55,086 bases of DNA, from NCBI RefSeq assembly GCF_006345805.1, contig NW_021833928.1, forward strand, positions 1 to 55,086, written 5' to 3'. Each line of letters starts with the position of its first letter. The stretch's first letter is position 1. Of the stretch, positions 38,386-52,140 are shown one piece after another. Made by a program: the position numbers and the translations under genes. The stretch comes from Octopus sinensis. Lineage: Eukaryota. The notes under the pieces are model-generated. The model worked only from the letters and a program-made list of their open reading frames with translations, did no database searches and had not been told where the DNA came from.

Positions 38386-38664
38386 CAGTGATTCTCAACC
38401 ATTTTTTTGGCTTATAGATCCCTTTGGTCCCTATTATACTCACCCGGACCTTCATAGTCGTTCGACGTATATAAAAAAGAAATGATGCTAGTTTTTTATT
38501 TTATAATCAAATACTACTCTTAGATCTTTTTTTTACTTGCTTCAGTCATTTGACTGCGGCCATGCTGGGGCACCGCCTTGAAGAGTTTTAGTCGAACAAA
38601 TCGATCACAGTAATTTTTGCCTAACCAGGTGGGGGACATAGGCCACACACATACACACACATAC

Positions 38665-38728
<64 letters not shown>

Positions 38729-39585
38729 GATATATATAATATGTATATATGTATATATACATCAATATTAATAAAGAGTAAAATTAATTAATCATTTATA
38801 ATTGATAATTTTACCAAGTAGTTCGGTATGTTAAAAGAACCATTATCGGTAAACTTATACAAGAAATATTATAATTATAAACATAATTATAATTAGGTCG
38901 TAGCAAAATTGCTTCACCACATGCCTAAATTTAGAAATAGCAGTTAAATACTATTCACTACCATATACTACTTGTATATATTAATATATAATATATATAT
39001 TATATATTATATATAGGTATATATATATATATATATATAGATATATATATACATATATATATATTTCTTTACTGCCCACAAGGGGCTAAACATAGAGGGG
39101 ACAAACAAGGACAGACAAAGGGATTAAGTCGATTATATCGACCCCAGTGCGTAACTGGTACTTTATTTATCGACCCCGAAAGGATGAAAGGCAAAGTCGA
39201 TCTCGGCGGAATTTGAACTCAGAACGTAACGGCAGACGAAATACGGCTACGCATTTCGCCCGGCGTGCTAACGTTTCTGCCAGCTCACCGCCTTCATATA
39301 TATATATATATGATGGGTTACTTGCAGTTTCCGCCTACTAAATCCACTCGCAAGGCTTTGCCCAAAGGAACACCCAGTGGGACTGAACCTGGAACCATGC
39401 GGTTGGACTTCTTATCATACAGACACACCTTATTAAGAATTATGTAAAAAAAAAATTTAACGATTTTGTGCATTGCAGAAGTATAAGCTATTTATTGCAA
39501 ATAAATTTTAACAGCAAAATCTTAATGGGACCCCCACTCGCCACCCCACCCCAAGGCCCATATGGACTCCACATGAGAACCGCTG
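38386..39585. mobile_element. hAT-like MITE split by nested insertions
   Basis: Termini CAGTGATTCTCA and TGAGAACCGCTG are inverted matches. Flanks CTCTAGAC/CTTTAGTT are a possible decayed 8-bp TSD. Interior holds SINE A, SINE B and the 38762 relic. Confidence 0.5.
38762..38978 (-). repeat. Second copy of the relic related to the 552-bp unit
   Basis: Reverse complement aligns with 4178-4380. Both ends abut (TA)n. Confidence 0.65.
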
Positions 39586-40379
39586 CTTTAGTTTGGCACA
39601 GAGGCTCTGAAAGGATTGCAGGCACTACTCTTCCTCCTCTGAATAAGCCATTAAAAAAAAAAAAAAAAAATTAGTTCTTGCTTCATCCTATTCATCAAAA
39701 GTCAACTTCAGTGGGATTCGAACTCGCAGCGAAGTAAAAAAAAAAAACGAGTTTGAATAAAAAAAAAAATACAACAATAAAAGCAACAAGGTCGTTGTTG
39801 TTTGCAACAAATACAAGAAGCTCGTTACTCTCAGACAAAGATATATCGACTTGTTATTTGCCACGCCTATTCTTAATGAGAAGGCAATGTTTTTTTAACC
39901 TTTAAATGTTTTCCCAATACTCAGTGATACATCTTAATCTATGTCACAAAGAGTGAGTGGTATATCTTAATATATGTCGCAACGAGTCATATGTCTTAAT
40001 TCACGTCACAGCGAGTTAATTTTTCTATTATCAAATGTTTGAAGTCTTCGCACCCCTCCCTTTTTTTATTTACGTTAAATGATAACCAAATCGGTTGAAC
40101 AAAATGACTGGTAGCAATGTCTTTTACTTGTTGCGATCATTGGACAGTAGCCATGCTGGGGGCACCGCCTTGACGGAATTAGTCGAACAAACAGACCCCA
40201 GTATCTTTTTGCCGAACTGCTGAGTTAGGCGTTACATAAACAAACCAACACCGGTTATCATACAGCGGTGGGGAATAAGCACAAACAACCCTCACACACA
40301 CATGTCCAAAGGCGCGCGTGCGCGAGCATACACAAGTGTGTGCGTATATGTATATATATATATGTATTTATATATGGCG

Positions 40380-40422
<43 letters not shown>

Positions 40423-40439
40423 TATATATATATATATAC

Positions 40440-40470
<31 letters not shown>

Positions 40471-40959
40471 TATACATACACATACATATCTCTATATATT
40501 ATCTGACTATCTATCTATCTATCATTGCTATAATGTTAAACTATCGTATGTCCAAATTTGGCCAAATGCGTTCTTTTTCAATATTTATTTTTGCTTGCAA
40601 CAGCCGGTTCTTTTGGTCAAACTATCGTATCTGCAGGTACTTCAGATGCCAAGATATGAAAATTGTCAAAGTGTATTACAATGGCTTTGCATTTTTCAAA
40701 TGTGTAGGAAGTCCCACATAAGAGAGTTTTGCAGAAATATTTCTGATTGAAAATATCATACATGCATGGAGCTACGATTTCCTGCACTCAACAAAGTATT
40801 ATTGTTAAGATGAAACTGTTGCTAATGTACAAAGAAATGGAATGGTGAAACTATTTCTTCGTTCCCTGAAAAAGCAAAGTTTTGGATTTACGACACTTTT
40901 GCACGATTGCAACGATACATGTGTGTGTGTGTGTATGTGTATGTGTGAATAGCCACCTT

Positions 40960-40992
<33 letters not shown>

Positions 40993-41344
40993 AATAATAA
41001 TAATAAAGAAATAGGTAAAGAGACTTATGGCCCTCCCTGTAAACACACACACACACACACACACATATATACATATATTATATATTTATATATACTACGG
41101 GCTTCTTTCAATTTCCCTCTACCAAATCCACCCATAAGGATGTGGCCTGCCCGAGGCTATAGTAGAAGACATTTGCCCAAAGTGCCACACAGGGGACTGA
41201 ACCCGGAATCCTGACGGCTTTTAAAAAAACGAATGACAGATAATGTGAGCTTACATACCCTCTAGATTGGTGGGATGGCCATGACTGGAATGCTTTTGAT
41301 CATAGGTCTCAGGTTTGCTAAATCATGGGTGAAATGGGATTAAA

Positions 41345-41372
41345 CAACAATATGGACTGCAGCTACAGCAAT

Positions 41373-41409
<37 letters not shown>

Positions 41410-42290
41410 ATAGCAGCAGCAGCAACGATAAGAACAACAATAACATCAGAAGTAACAACAACAGCAACAACAACAATAACAATATGAACAACAGGGGAAA
41501 CAGTAACGGCAACGACAATGGTAATAGTAGCAACAACAACGACTACTGCCACCATTGTCGTCACCACCACCACCACCATCACCACCACTACAACCATCAC
41601 CACTGTCATCACCATCATCACCACCACTGTAACCGGCATCACTGTCACCACCACCACACCACCACCACCACCACCACCACCACCACACCACCACCACCAC
41701 ACCACCACCACCACTACCACTACGCCACAACCTCCCCTACCACGACACAACAACCACTACCACTACGCCACAACCACTACCACTACGCCACAACCACTAC
41801 CACTACGCCACAACCACTACCACTACGCCACAACCACCATCATCACCACCACCACCACGAACACCACAACCACCACTACCACTACGCCACAACCTCCCCT
41901 ACCACGACACAACATCCACTACCACTACGCCACAACCACCATCATCACCACCACCACGAACACAACCACCACCACACCACCACCACCACCACCACCACCA
42001 CTACCACCACCCCACCACCACCACCACCACCACCACGAACACCACAACCACCACTACCACTACGCCACAACCACCATTACCACGACACAACCACCACTAC
42101 CACTACGCCACCACCACCACCACCACCACCACTACCACCACCACCACCACCACCACCACTACCACCACCACCACCACTACCACCACCACCACACCACCAC
42201 CACCACCACCACCACCACTACCACCACTATCACCACCACCACCACACCACCACCACAACCATTACAACAGCAAAATCAGCCGCAAAAACA
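41345..42290. repeat. (AAC)n/(CAC)n tract containing a derived ~20-bp minisatellite
   Basis: CAACCACTACCACTACGCCA in tandem from ~41750. It is the source of the spurious 337-aa ORF. Confidence 0.9.
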
Positions 42291-43921
42291 AAATCAATAA
42301 CAGTAACGAGTCCCAAACACTCGCAATGCTTTTGCTAGCATAGACGGTGTGAAGAGAGAAAGAAAGAAAGAAAGAAGGAAAGAAAGAAAGGAAGAAAGAA
42401 AGAAGGAAAGAAAGAAGGAAAGGAAGAAAGAAGGAAAGAAAGAACAGGAAGCAATAGCAATGAAACTAAGGACATGTTGAAGCTTTTATATCGCCAGATT
42501 AGGTAGGCTGGAAGAGTTAGCATGAGAAAACCGAGGAAGTAAAACGCATGATTGAAGGCGCCAGGAAGGATTTTTGGAGGGTTTTGTTTTACGTTTATTT
42601 ATTATATTTTTTTTTAACGGGGACGAGTATTGGTGGTGGAGGCAGTGGTGGTGGTGGTGGTTGTGGTGGTTGTGGTGGAGCAGGTGCAGGTGTGGCGACG
42701 AATGGCTGTGGTGTGATATAAAGAAACCCGGAAGCTGGGACTGCAACCGCAGTTAAGGTGGAGTTTTTGTGTGATTGCAATGTCAGGTATTGCTGGGGGT
42801 TGATTTTGAAAACGTTGATCAAGCTGCTGCTGTTGCTTTAACGTTGCGTTTGCTGTTGATGACAGCGGCAATGGTGGTGGTGATGATGGTGGTGGTGGTG
42901 GTGGTGATGGTGATGGTAGTGGTGATGGTGGTGGTGATGGTGGTGGTGGTAGTGATGGTGGTGGTGGTGGTGGTGATGGTTGTGGTGGCGGTATGGTGGT
43001 GGTGGTGATGATGGTGGTGATGTGGGTGGTGGCGGTAGTGGTGATGGTGGTGGTGGTAGTCGTCGTCGTGGTGCTTTGCTCTTGGTCGAGCCGGCGTTTA
43101 ATCCAAGACATCCCAGCTGAGACCATCCTGTCTATTTATGAATGTTTAAGGTTCAAATTATTTACACAGGATCAGGCGTGGCCGTGTGGTAAGAAATGTC
43201 TTCTACTATAGCCTCGGGCCGACCAAAGCCTTGTGAGTGGATTTAGAAGGCGGAAATTGAAAGAAGACCGTCGTATATATAACTATATATATATATATAT
43301 GTTTGTATCGGTGTTTGTTCCCCTACCCCTGCTGCTTGAAAACCGGTGTTGGTGTGTTTACGTCGCCGCAACTTAGCGGTTCGGCAAGAGTGACCGATAG
43401 AATAAGCAACGGGCTTTAAAAATGTGTCATGGGGTCGTTTCATTCGACTAAACTGTTTTCAAGGTGGTGTCCCAGCTTGGCCGCAATCTAATGATTAGAA
43501 CAAGTAAAAGATAAAAGAGAGTCTTAAATTTTTCTTTTCAAGCTGGTAAGATGTGGTTGGAGGGAAATTTGGTCGCTATATCGCGCACGTTGAATGACAG
43601 CATATAGGATCCCTTTCGTTATGGTGTCTTGTGTTATATGAAAGAGTCTTTGTTATATGAAAGAGATTAAAATACATGGAAAGCGAGAAAAGCTAAAGAT
43701 AAATTAAAACCACATCATCCAAAAGCTAACTTGAAACGCATGATTACTCCCGTGAAGGAAGAGAGAAGAAGCCTTAAGATTCTTTTATCGTTCATCTTTT
43801 TTAATTTTTTACTTGTTTTAATCATTAGACTGCGGCCGTGCTGGGGCAGATCTTTGAAGGGTTTTAGCCGAACGACTCGAGCTCAGTACTTAGTTTTTTT
43901 GTTGTTTTTTCTTTATAGGCG

Positions 43922-44305
43922 CAGGAATGGCTGTGTGGTAAGTAGCTTGCTTATCAACCACATGGTTCCGGGTTCAGTCCCACTGCGTGGCACCTTGGGC
44001 AAGTGTCTTCTACTATAGCCTCGGGCCGACCAAAGCCTTGTGAGTGGATTTGGTAGACGGAAACTGAAAGAAGCCTGTCGCATATATGTATGTTTGTGTG
44101 TCTGTGTTTGTCCCCCCCACCAACATCGCTTGACAACCGATGCTGGTGTGTTTACGTCCCCGTAACTTAGCAGTTCAGCAAAAGGAGACCGATAGAATAA
44201 GTACTAGGCTTACAAAGAATAAGTCCCGGGGTCGATTTGCTCGACTAAAATGGCGGTGCTCCAGCATGGCCACAGTCAAATGACTGAAACAAGTAAAAGA
44301 GTAAG
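43922..44305 (+). mobile_element. SINE family A, young full-length copy
   Basis: Intact head, core and tail. Confidence 0.88.
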
Positions 44306-44806
44306 CCTTCGTACTTATTCCATCGGTTGTCCTTTGTCGAACTGGTAAGTTAGGGAGACGTAAACACACGAAGACTGGTTGTCAGTCGTAGGACACACAC
44401 ACACACACTCTCTCTCTCTCATACATACACTCAAACACACACACGCACACACACACATAGTGTGTGTGTGGTGAGACTCCAACAAGAAGAATATCACTCG
44501 ATCAGCTAAGTTCCCTGTCCAAATGTCATCTGCTTCTAAAGCAGCTGACAAGCGGTGTTGTTCTTATCAGCTTGATAAATGGCCAAATAAATTAATGCTT
44601 CGACCAGGAAGCCCTGAGTAGGAGACCTTCCTACCATACGTGAAATCCAGCAACCGCCCCAGCAACCGAAAAGTGTCCGTATTCCGCATAAAACACTATA
44701 ACGTAAATGCAACAAAGGAAAATTAGAATCAAATCTACAAATCTACAAAAGCTTTACAAATGTACTCTTGTATAGTTAGAATACTTGTAAAAAGATCAGG
44801 ATAGTA

Positions 44807-45372
44807 ATGGGTTGTCCAGAAAGTTCGTGCCGATTTTTAAAGGGAAGAAAAAGGTCAATAAATACTTGCCATTACATTTTTAATCAACCAAATATGAACC
44901 ATTTTGTTGCAAAAAGCGTCTCCATCTTTCCTCTAACTTGAAAATACCCTCTTCCCAGAATTGAAGTGGTCTCATGGCAAATAATTCATCAAGGTATCTT
45001 TTTACGTCATCCAAGGAATTGAAATTTTTACTCTTAAGAATATTCTGCAGAGACCTGAATAAGTGGAAATCCGAAGGAGCAATATCTGGTGAATATGGAG
45101 GGTGGGGTAACACATCCCAGCCGAGCTGCAGCAATTTTTGTCTGGTTCCCAAAGCATCAAGTGCTGAAAATGAACTTTCTTATCTTCCATTTTAAAGGGT
45201 TAAAGAATTAACACAGGTTATAGGAGCATAAACCTTCTTCCGCGAAAAGATAGCTTAAACTGTGCTCTAAATGGAGGTGTAGTCAAATCCTATTTTATGG
45301 ACTCAACCTTGTTCTAAAATAAGTCGCAATGTAAGCTACTATAAATCGGCACGAACTTTCCGGACAACCCAA
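44807..45372 (-). mobile_element. Non-autonomous mariner with both TIRs and TA target duplication
   Basis: TA|ATGGGTTGTCCAGAAAGTTCGTGCCGATTT ... AAATCGGCACGAACTTTCCGGACAACCCAA|TA. N-terminus MEDKKVHFQHLMLWE is fused to C-terminus QKLLQLGWDVLPHPPYSPDIAPSDFHLFRSLQN..WEEGIFKLEERW. Confidence 0.92.
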
Positions 45373-45585
45373 TAGTATCTTTCGGGAGTCGATAAAATAA
45401 GTATAAGTTGAGCACTAAGGTCGATGGAATCGATTAGATCCTTCCCCCTAAATTTCAGACCTTATATTTATTGCAGAGGATCATCATCATCATCATCAAC
45501 ATCAACAACATCATCATCATCAACATCATCATCATCATCATCATCATCATCGTCGTCGTTGTCATCATCATCATCATCATCATCA

Positions 45586-45621
<36 letters not shown>

Positions 45622-45739
45622 TCATCATCATCATTATCATCATCATCATCATTATCGTCGTCGTCGTCGTCATCATCAATTGTTATTGATTTGACTCAGG
45701 TTTGTTCTTCTTCCTGGCAGGATTTATGTGTTTAGCGGG

Positions 45740-46079
<340 letters not shown>

Positions 46080-46254
46080 TATTACTTTTTTTTTCTTCTT
46101 TCAAATTTTATTCCATTTCTTGCCGAGTGTCTTTCCGACCCCTAGGGCAAAGAAACTCATAGTGTATATTGGTAGGCCATTAAACCAAACTCAGTAGTTC
46201 GTTCATTTTTTTTTTTTTTTTTTAAAGTTAAATTAAAATACATGAGCAGCAACA

Positions 46255-46680
46255 GTTCTCACATCGACAATGCTCTTCTCAATACGTGTGATGTACCAGT
46301 TAAGACAATCTTTTGCACTTCTTGCAGGGATGGTAAGCCAGGGATCATTCTCATATAATTTTCGGTCCCTTCTTGATCATTCCTAGTGCTCCTACGATCA
46401 CTGGTATTGTAACCGCCTTGAGATGCCACATTTTCTCTCAATTTCAATGAGTAGGTCTTTATATTTTCTGAGCTTGTCAAACTCTTTCGCTGAGATATTA
46501 TGATCACAGGGGATGCTCATGTCGATCAATAGCAAACTTTATTGTTTTGGTCTTTCACAACAATATCTGGTTTATTGGCCTTGATGGTTCGGTCCTGTAT
46601 GTACTGGAAAGTCCCACAGAATGGTTACATTTTCTCCTTTCTGTATGTACTGAAAGTCCCACAGAATGGTTACAATTTTC
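46255..46680 (-). mobile_element. RLE-type LINE 3' fragment with a ~45-bp tandem duplication at its truncated 5' end
   Basis: ILWDFQ..IKANKPDIVVKDQNNKVCLLIDMSIPCDHNISAKEFDKLRKYKDL..LQEVQKIVLTGTSHVLRRALSM* (PD..D..K motif). TGTATGTACTG(G)AAAGTCCCACAGAATGGTTACA occurs twice. Confidence 0.82.
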
Positions 46681-46702
46681 TTTTATTTTATTATTATTAT
46701 TC

Positions 46703-46744
<42 letters not shown>

Positions 46745-47431
46745 TATTATTATTATTAATTATTATTAAGGCGGCGAGCTGCCAGAATCGTTAGCACACT
46801 TGGCAAAATGATTAGCGGCATTTCGTCCGTCTTTTACGATCTGAGTTCATATTCCGCCGAGGTCGACTTTACCTTTCGTCCTTTCGGGGTCGATAAATTA
46901 AGTACCAGTTGTGTACTGGGGTCGATCTAATCGATTGGCCCCCTCCCCACAAATTGCAGGCCTTGTGCCTATAGCGGAAGGAATTATAAAAGATGAACTT
47001 ATCAGAATTATCAGAGATGCACATATCGTCAACCACTAAGAGACATGCTCAACTGGTTAAGGTCAAACAACTGACAAGCAAATCTGTGGTATTGAGCAGA
47101 ATATTTGCTGCAGCCCATCTTTTATACCATGACCAAACAACGTACATGATAACATCTCCAATCAGTTCAGATCAGAAGCCATGGGAGCCACATTATTATT
47201 ATTATTGGCTGCGCGCTGGTAGAATCGTTAGCACGCCGGGCAAAATGCTTTGCGGCATTTCGCCCGTCTTTACGTTCTGAGTTCAAATTCCACCGAGGTC
47301 GACTTTGCCTTTCATCCTTTCGGGATCGATAGAATAAGTAACAGTTGAACACTGGGGTCAATATAATCAACTCATCACCACCTCTCCCAAACTGCCCTTG
47401 AGGCAAAAATTTGAAATAATAATAATAATAA

Positions 47432-47478
<47 letters not shown>

Positions 47479-48494
47479 GAGTGACATCTAGCCCTGCCAG
47501 AATCGACTTGCTTCTTTCATCCTAAAAATGTATTTACAAGGCGAATACTGACAATACAGTCGACAATTCCCCCCACCCCGTCTAAAATCTTTGGACTTTT
47601 GCCTCCTATAGAAATAATGTATTACAATACAGACCAAACATACTTTGTGAAGTGAGTAAAAAGAAAGAAAAAAAAAACGAAAAAAAAAGAAAAGGAACAG
47701 TATATATGATAATTTTTTCAAGTCAAGGGAACTAACTCAGGTTTCTTATTTGATGAAAAATTAGATGGGAATGTGCAATGAACGGTGAGGGGCGTATGAA
47801 TCTCATCTACAGTTTTATTCACATCCTGGCATGCGTCCACTCGCACAGGCATCCATACAAATTTTCAAGTGTGTATTTAATGCACGCGCATGTATTCCCA
47901 TGTTTAAATTAGGCCGGTACCACTTCACCCATTACCCATCATTCGTCTCCCTCCACGTCTAACTCTTCGTAGTCTGTCAAAGAAATATCTCACCTGGTCG
48001 GAACTAAAGTAAAATGGCATTTCTTAAAAGATAGCAGCTTAGCTGTGTCTTGAAGTACGGTACAGCTGTTGGTGTTGATGAAGTAAACGATTTCATACAC
48101 ACACGCGCACGCAAGCATACACACACACTCACAAACACACACACATACGTACACATGCATTTGTATATTTACACCTACATGCAAACATAAATGTGTATAT
48201 ACATAGATACATATACGCATAAATAACATATATTTAATGTATATATATATATATATATATATATATGCTCTTAGCTTGGTTTTTCTTTGAGGCTGGCCAA
48301 ATTGGAGCAATCTCAAGATTAATCAGCCGAAATTGCGAGGATGATCCGGTTCTTGACTGAGGATAAGAGGCTTCGAATGACCCGTCCTTGTTTTTTTGTA
48401 TCGTCTATCTGGATGTTTTGTCGTCCTTTTTTTGTATCATCTAGTTGTCCGGATGTTTTGCGTTCTTGTCCCATTTGTATTCTATTTTATATAT

Positions 48495-48600
<106 letters not shown>

Positions 48601-48663
48601 GTTGGACCACTGAACTCAACTCGTTTTTTTTTCATTCTCTGCCTATATGTTTGCTCTTACTCC

Positions 48664-48697
48664 TTTCTGTTGAAGAGCGTATGCTCGAAACGTAAAA
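48664..48697 (+). ncRNA. Minimal hammerhead-like motif, CUGUUGA variant
   Basis: TTT-CTGTTGA-A-GAGC GTAT GCTC-GAA-ACGT-A-AAA. Confidence 0.55.
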
Positions 48698-48960
48698 TAC
48701 CTTTCCGTTTTTCCAGAGCATCAAACTAATACACTTGCTTGTTGTTCTTGTTGTTCCTACACTTGTCTTCGTCTTGTTTTTCTATAAATTTGTACTACAC
48801 ACACACACACACACCACACACACACACACACACATGTGCGGTGTGTGTGTGTGTGTGTGTAGTACAAATTTATAGAAAAACAAAGACGAAGACAAGTGTA
48901 GGAACAACAAGAACAACAAGCAAGTGTATTAGTTTGATGCTCTGGAAAAACGGAAAGGTA

Positions 48961-48994
48961 TTTTACGTTTCGAGCATACGCTCTTCAACAGAAA
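48961..48994 (-). ncRNA. Minimal hammerhead-like motif, CUGUUGA variant (mirror copy)
   Basis: Reverse complement of 48664-48697. Confidence 0.55.
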
Positions 48995-50303
48995 GGAGTA
49001 AGAGCAAACATATAGGCAGAGAATGAAAAAAAACGAGTTGAGTTCAGTGGTCCAACGTATATGTGTATATATGTGTATATATGTACATATATAAACACAC
49101 ACACATACACACACACACACACAGACATACATACACATACGTCTGTACAAAGGCAAGATTAAGTTCAAGCAACGCAGTCCGACAATGGTTTAACTGGTCG
49201 AAACTTCGAAGTCACTATCACTAATATTCTTATTTATACACACACACACACGTTCACACACACACACGGATACACACACGCGTGCACACACGGATACACA
49301 CACGCGCGCACACACACAAATATATGCTGTTATGTGTTCCTGGTTGAGTAATTGTGATCCATGCGTGCGTGCACGCGTGAATCTGCGCCCGCTTGAGTGT
49401 GTAAAGGCATTTGTATGCATGTGTATGTATGTTCTTGCGTGATTTTGTGCCCATGTCACTGCTTGTCCATCACGAATCTTTGGGAAACACGCATATGTAT
49501 AAAAAGTTGTATGTATATGCGTGCATGAGTCCGTGTGTGTGTATAAAAGAGAGAGAAAAGGAGAGGGAGAGAGAAAGGGAGAGCAAGAGAGAAAGGGAGA
49601 GCAAGAGAGATATATGTTCTACGTATGTGTGTGTATTTTGAATAATTGGAAATTTGTGTAAACATGTGTGTGTATATATGTGTATGTATTCATCTGTCAT
49701 TAACAAAGTATATGCAAGCGTGTATATATATGAGGGCCAAAGTGTATGCACATGCGTATGCCTACGAGTGCGTATGTTTCTGTGTGTGTGTATATATATA
49801 CGTCTTTATAAACTAAAATATAAAAACGGAAAAAAAATCCCTTCAGTGTGTATACATTTGTTCTTCACTCCATGTATACACAAGTGTCAACCAAGTAAAA
49901 TATAAACCAACAAGTGTGTATAAAATACATAAGAAGGTGTTTATAGTAAAACATGCGTACGTATGTCTTTCCTATCTAGCAATGTTTGTGTGTCTAGTTT
50001 GAGAGGTAAGGGTCAGCAGGGTGGACCCTTGTTTGTGTCCCACCCAAAGCACCTGGGGGTTACTTTATTAGCAACATTTGTCATTCCCTTGATTATTTTC
50101 TTCTCCCCTTCGGTCCCTGACAGCCTATCTTTTATTAGGGCTGTCTTCAGGACGTTAACACACATATAAATATATACCAATATCAACACACACAGACGCA
50201 AACACATAAATATATGCTAATATCAACACGTATCACTGCTAATATATCAATGTAAGTGTGAGTGTATATATATATGTATGTATATATATATATATATATA
50301 TAG

Positions 50304-50331
<28 letters not shown>

Positions 50332-50334
<3 letters not shown>

Positions 50335-50537
50335 ATCCACACATGAAAGCACAAAAAAACACAACGCGAACGGACGTGGAACAATATAGTATTATTGGAC
50401 GCTCAGGAAAGAAGGAAAGAAGGAGGGTTTAACGTTTCGAGCGGAGCTCTTCGTCGGAAACATAGGAGAAGGAAAGATCCAGAGAAGGGAAGACAGGGGA
50501 AAAAAATCGCCAACGGTACACACGCAGTCACATTTTG
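50332..50537 (-). mobile_element. ~205-bp (TA)n-embedded element with a minimal hammerhead (50427-50461)
   Basis: Minus strand GTTT-CCGACGA-A-GAGC TCC GCTC-GAA-ACGT-T-AAAC. Homologous to 11362-11578. Confidence 0.7.
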
Positions 50538-50591
<54 letters not shown>

Positions 50592-50607
50592 CACACATAT
50601 ATATACA

Positions 50608-50648
<41 letters not shown>

Positions 50649-50920
50649 CATACATATATATAAATATACCACACACACATATATATATATATACATATAC
50701 ATATATAAATACATATATAAATGTAAGATCCAGGGATCGAGGTGTAGGAAGAAAGTTAGCTTCGAGCAATCCGTTGTAAATATTAAAAATAAAACAACTA
50801 TCAGGAACAACAGTGGTGTACTGAGACGGAAAAATGCGGATTATTTATCTTTAGGCGACCAAGGTTGCTGAGTGTGCGAAAAAGAATACATGAGTTACGG
50901 AATGGAGTAGGAAGAATCCA

Positions 50921-51003
50921 GGCTACATACGTTTCATAGCGAATGGAACCTCAGAAGTGGTAGAATCCAAGCGAGGTGTATACCGCCGGCTACTCTTCAG
51001 GCC
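50921..51003 (-). ncRNA. Type I hammerhead ribozyme with intact core and branched long stem II
   Basis: GGC-CTGAAGA-GTAGC..48 nt..GCTAT-GAAA-C GTAT G-TA (GUA)-GCC. All three stems pair. Confidence 0.75.
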
Positions 51004-51399
51004 AAGATTAGCCGACTGTATACAACTCACTTGTACCAGTCAGTACAGGTTTCAACGATATCGATTTAACCCTCTTCTTAAAATTGCTAGTCTTATGCCG
51101 AAATCAGATATTATTATTTCGTCCGTCTTTACATTCTGAGTTCAAATTCCTCCGATAGAACTTTCTCCTTAAAATTGCTGGCTTTGCGCTTAAATCAGGA
51201 ATAACTATTATTATCATTGCTGGACAAACTGTTTAACCGCTTTTCTTCCGGCTCTTTACATTCTCCGTGGTCACATTCCTCCGTGGTCAACTTTCGTCCT
51301 TTCGGGACCAATAAAAAAAGTACCATTTGAGCACTGGGGTCGATATAATCGACTTACTTTTCCAGAACTTTCTGGCCACGTACCAAACTTTGAGACCAC

Positions 51400-51490
<91 letters not shown>

Positions 51491-51493
51491 ATT

Positions 51494-51531
<38 letters not shown>

Positions 51532-51549
51532 AGTTGTAGTTGTTGTTGC

Positions 51550-51609
<60 letters not shown>

Positions 51610-51617
51610 CATTATTA

Positions 51618-51851
51618 AGGCGGCGAGTAGGCAGACACGTTAGCACACCGGGCGAAATGCTTAGCCGTATTTCGTTAGCCGCTACGTTCTGAGTTCAAAT
51701 TCCGCCGAGGTCGACTTTGCCTTTCATCCTTTTGGGGTCGATAAATGAAGTACCAATTGAGTACTGGGGCCGATGTAATCGACTGTTGCACTCTCTCAAA
51801 TTTCAAGCCGTATGCCTATAGTAGAAAGGATTATTATTATTATTATTATTA

Positions 51852-51885
<34 letters not shown>

Positions 51886-52140
51886 ATTATTATTAAGGCG
51901 GCGAGCTGGTAGAAACGTTAGCACGCCGGGCGAAATGCTTAGTGGCATTTCGTCTGCGGTTACGTTCTGAGTTCAAATTTCGCCGAGGTCGACTTTGCCT
52001 TTCATCCTTTCGGGGGTCGATTAAATAAGTATCAATTACGCACTGGGGTCGATATAATCGACTTAATCTGTTTGTCCTCTCTGTATTTAGCCCCTTGTGG
52101 GTAGTAAAGAAATATGTATTTCATCAGCCGCTACGTTCTG
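51618..52140 (+). mobile_element. Two SINE family B copies, each following an (ATT)n tract
   Basis: Heads AAGGCGGCGAG at ~51616 and ~51896. Confidence 0.82.

Noticed and set aside
41325-42338. 337-aa Asn/His/Thr/Pro-rich ORF
   Set aside because: Entirely trinucleotide repeat, with no domain or splice evidence.
48350-48392. CTGAGGA..GAATG..GTC hammerhead-like string
   Set aside because: GAAU instead of GAAA and no complementary stem I.
49165-49225. GAA-ACTTCGAAGT-C-ACT, a good hammerhead 3' half with palindromic stem III
   Set aside because: No recoverable CUGANGA 5' core. At best a deleted relic.
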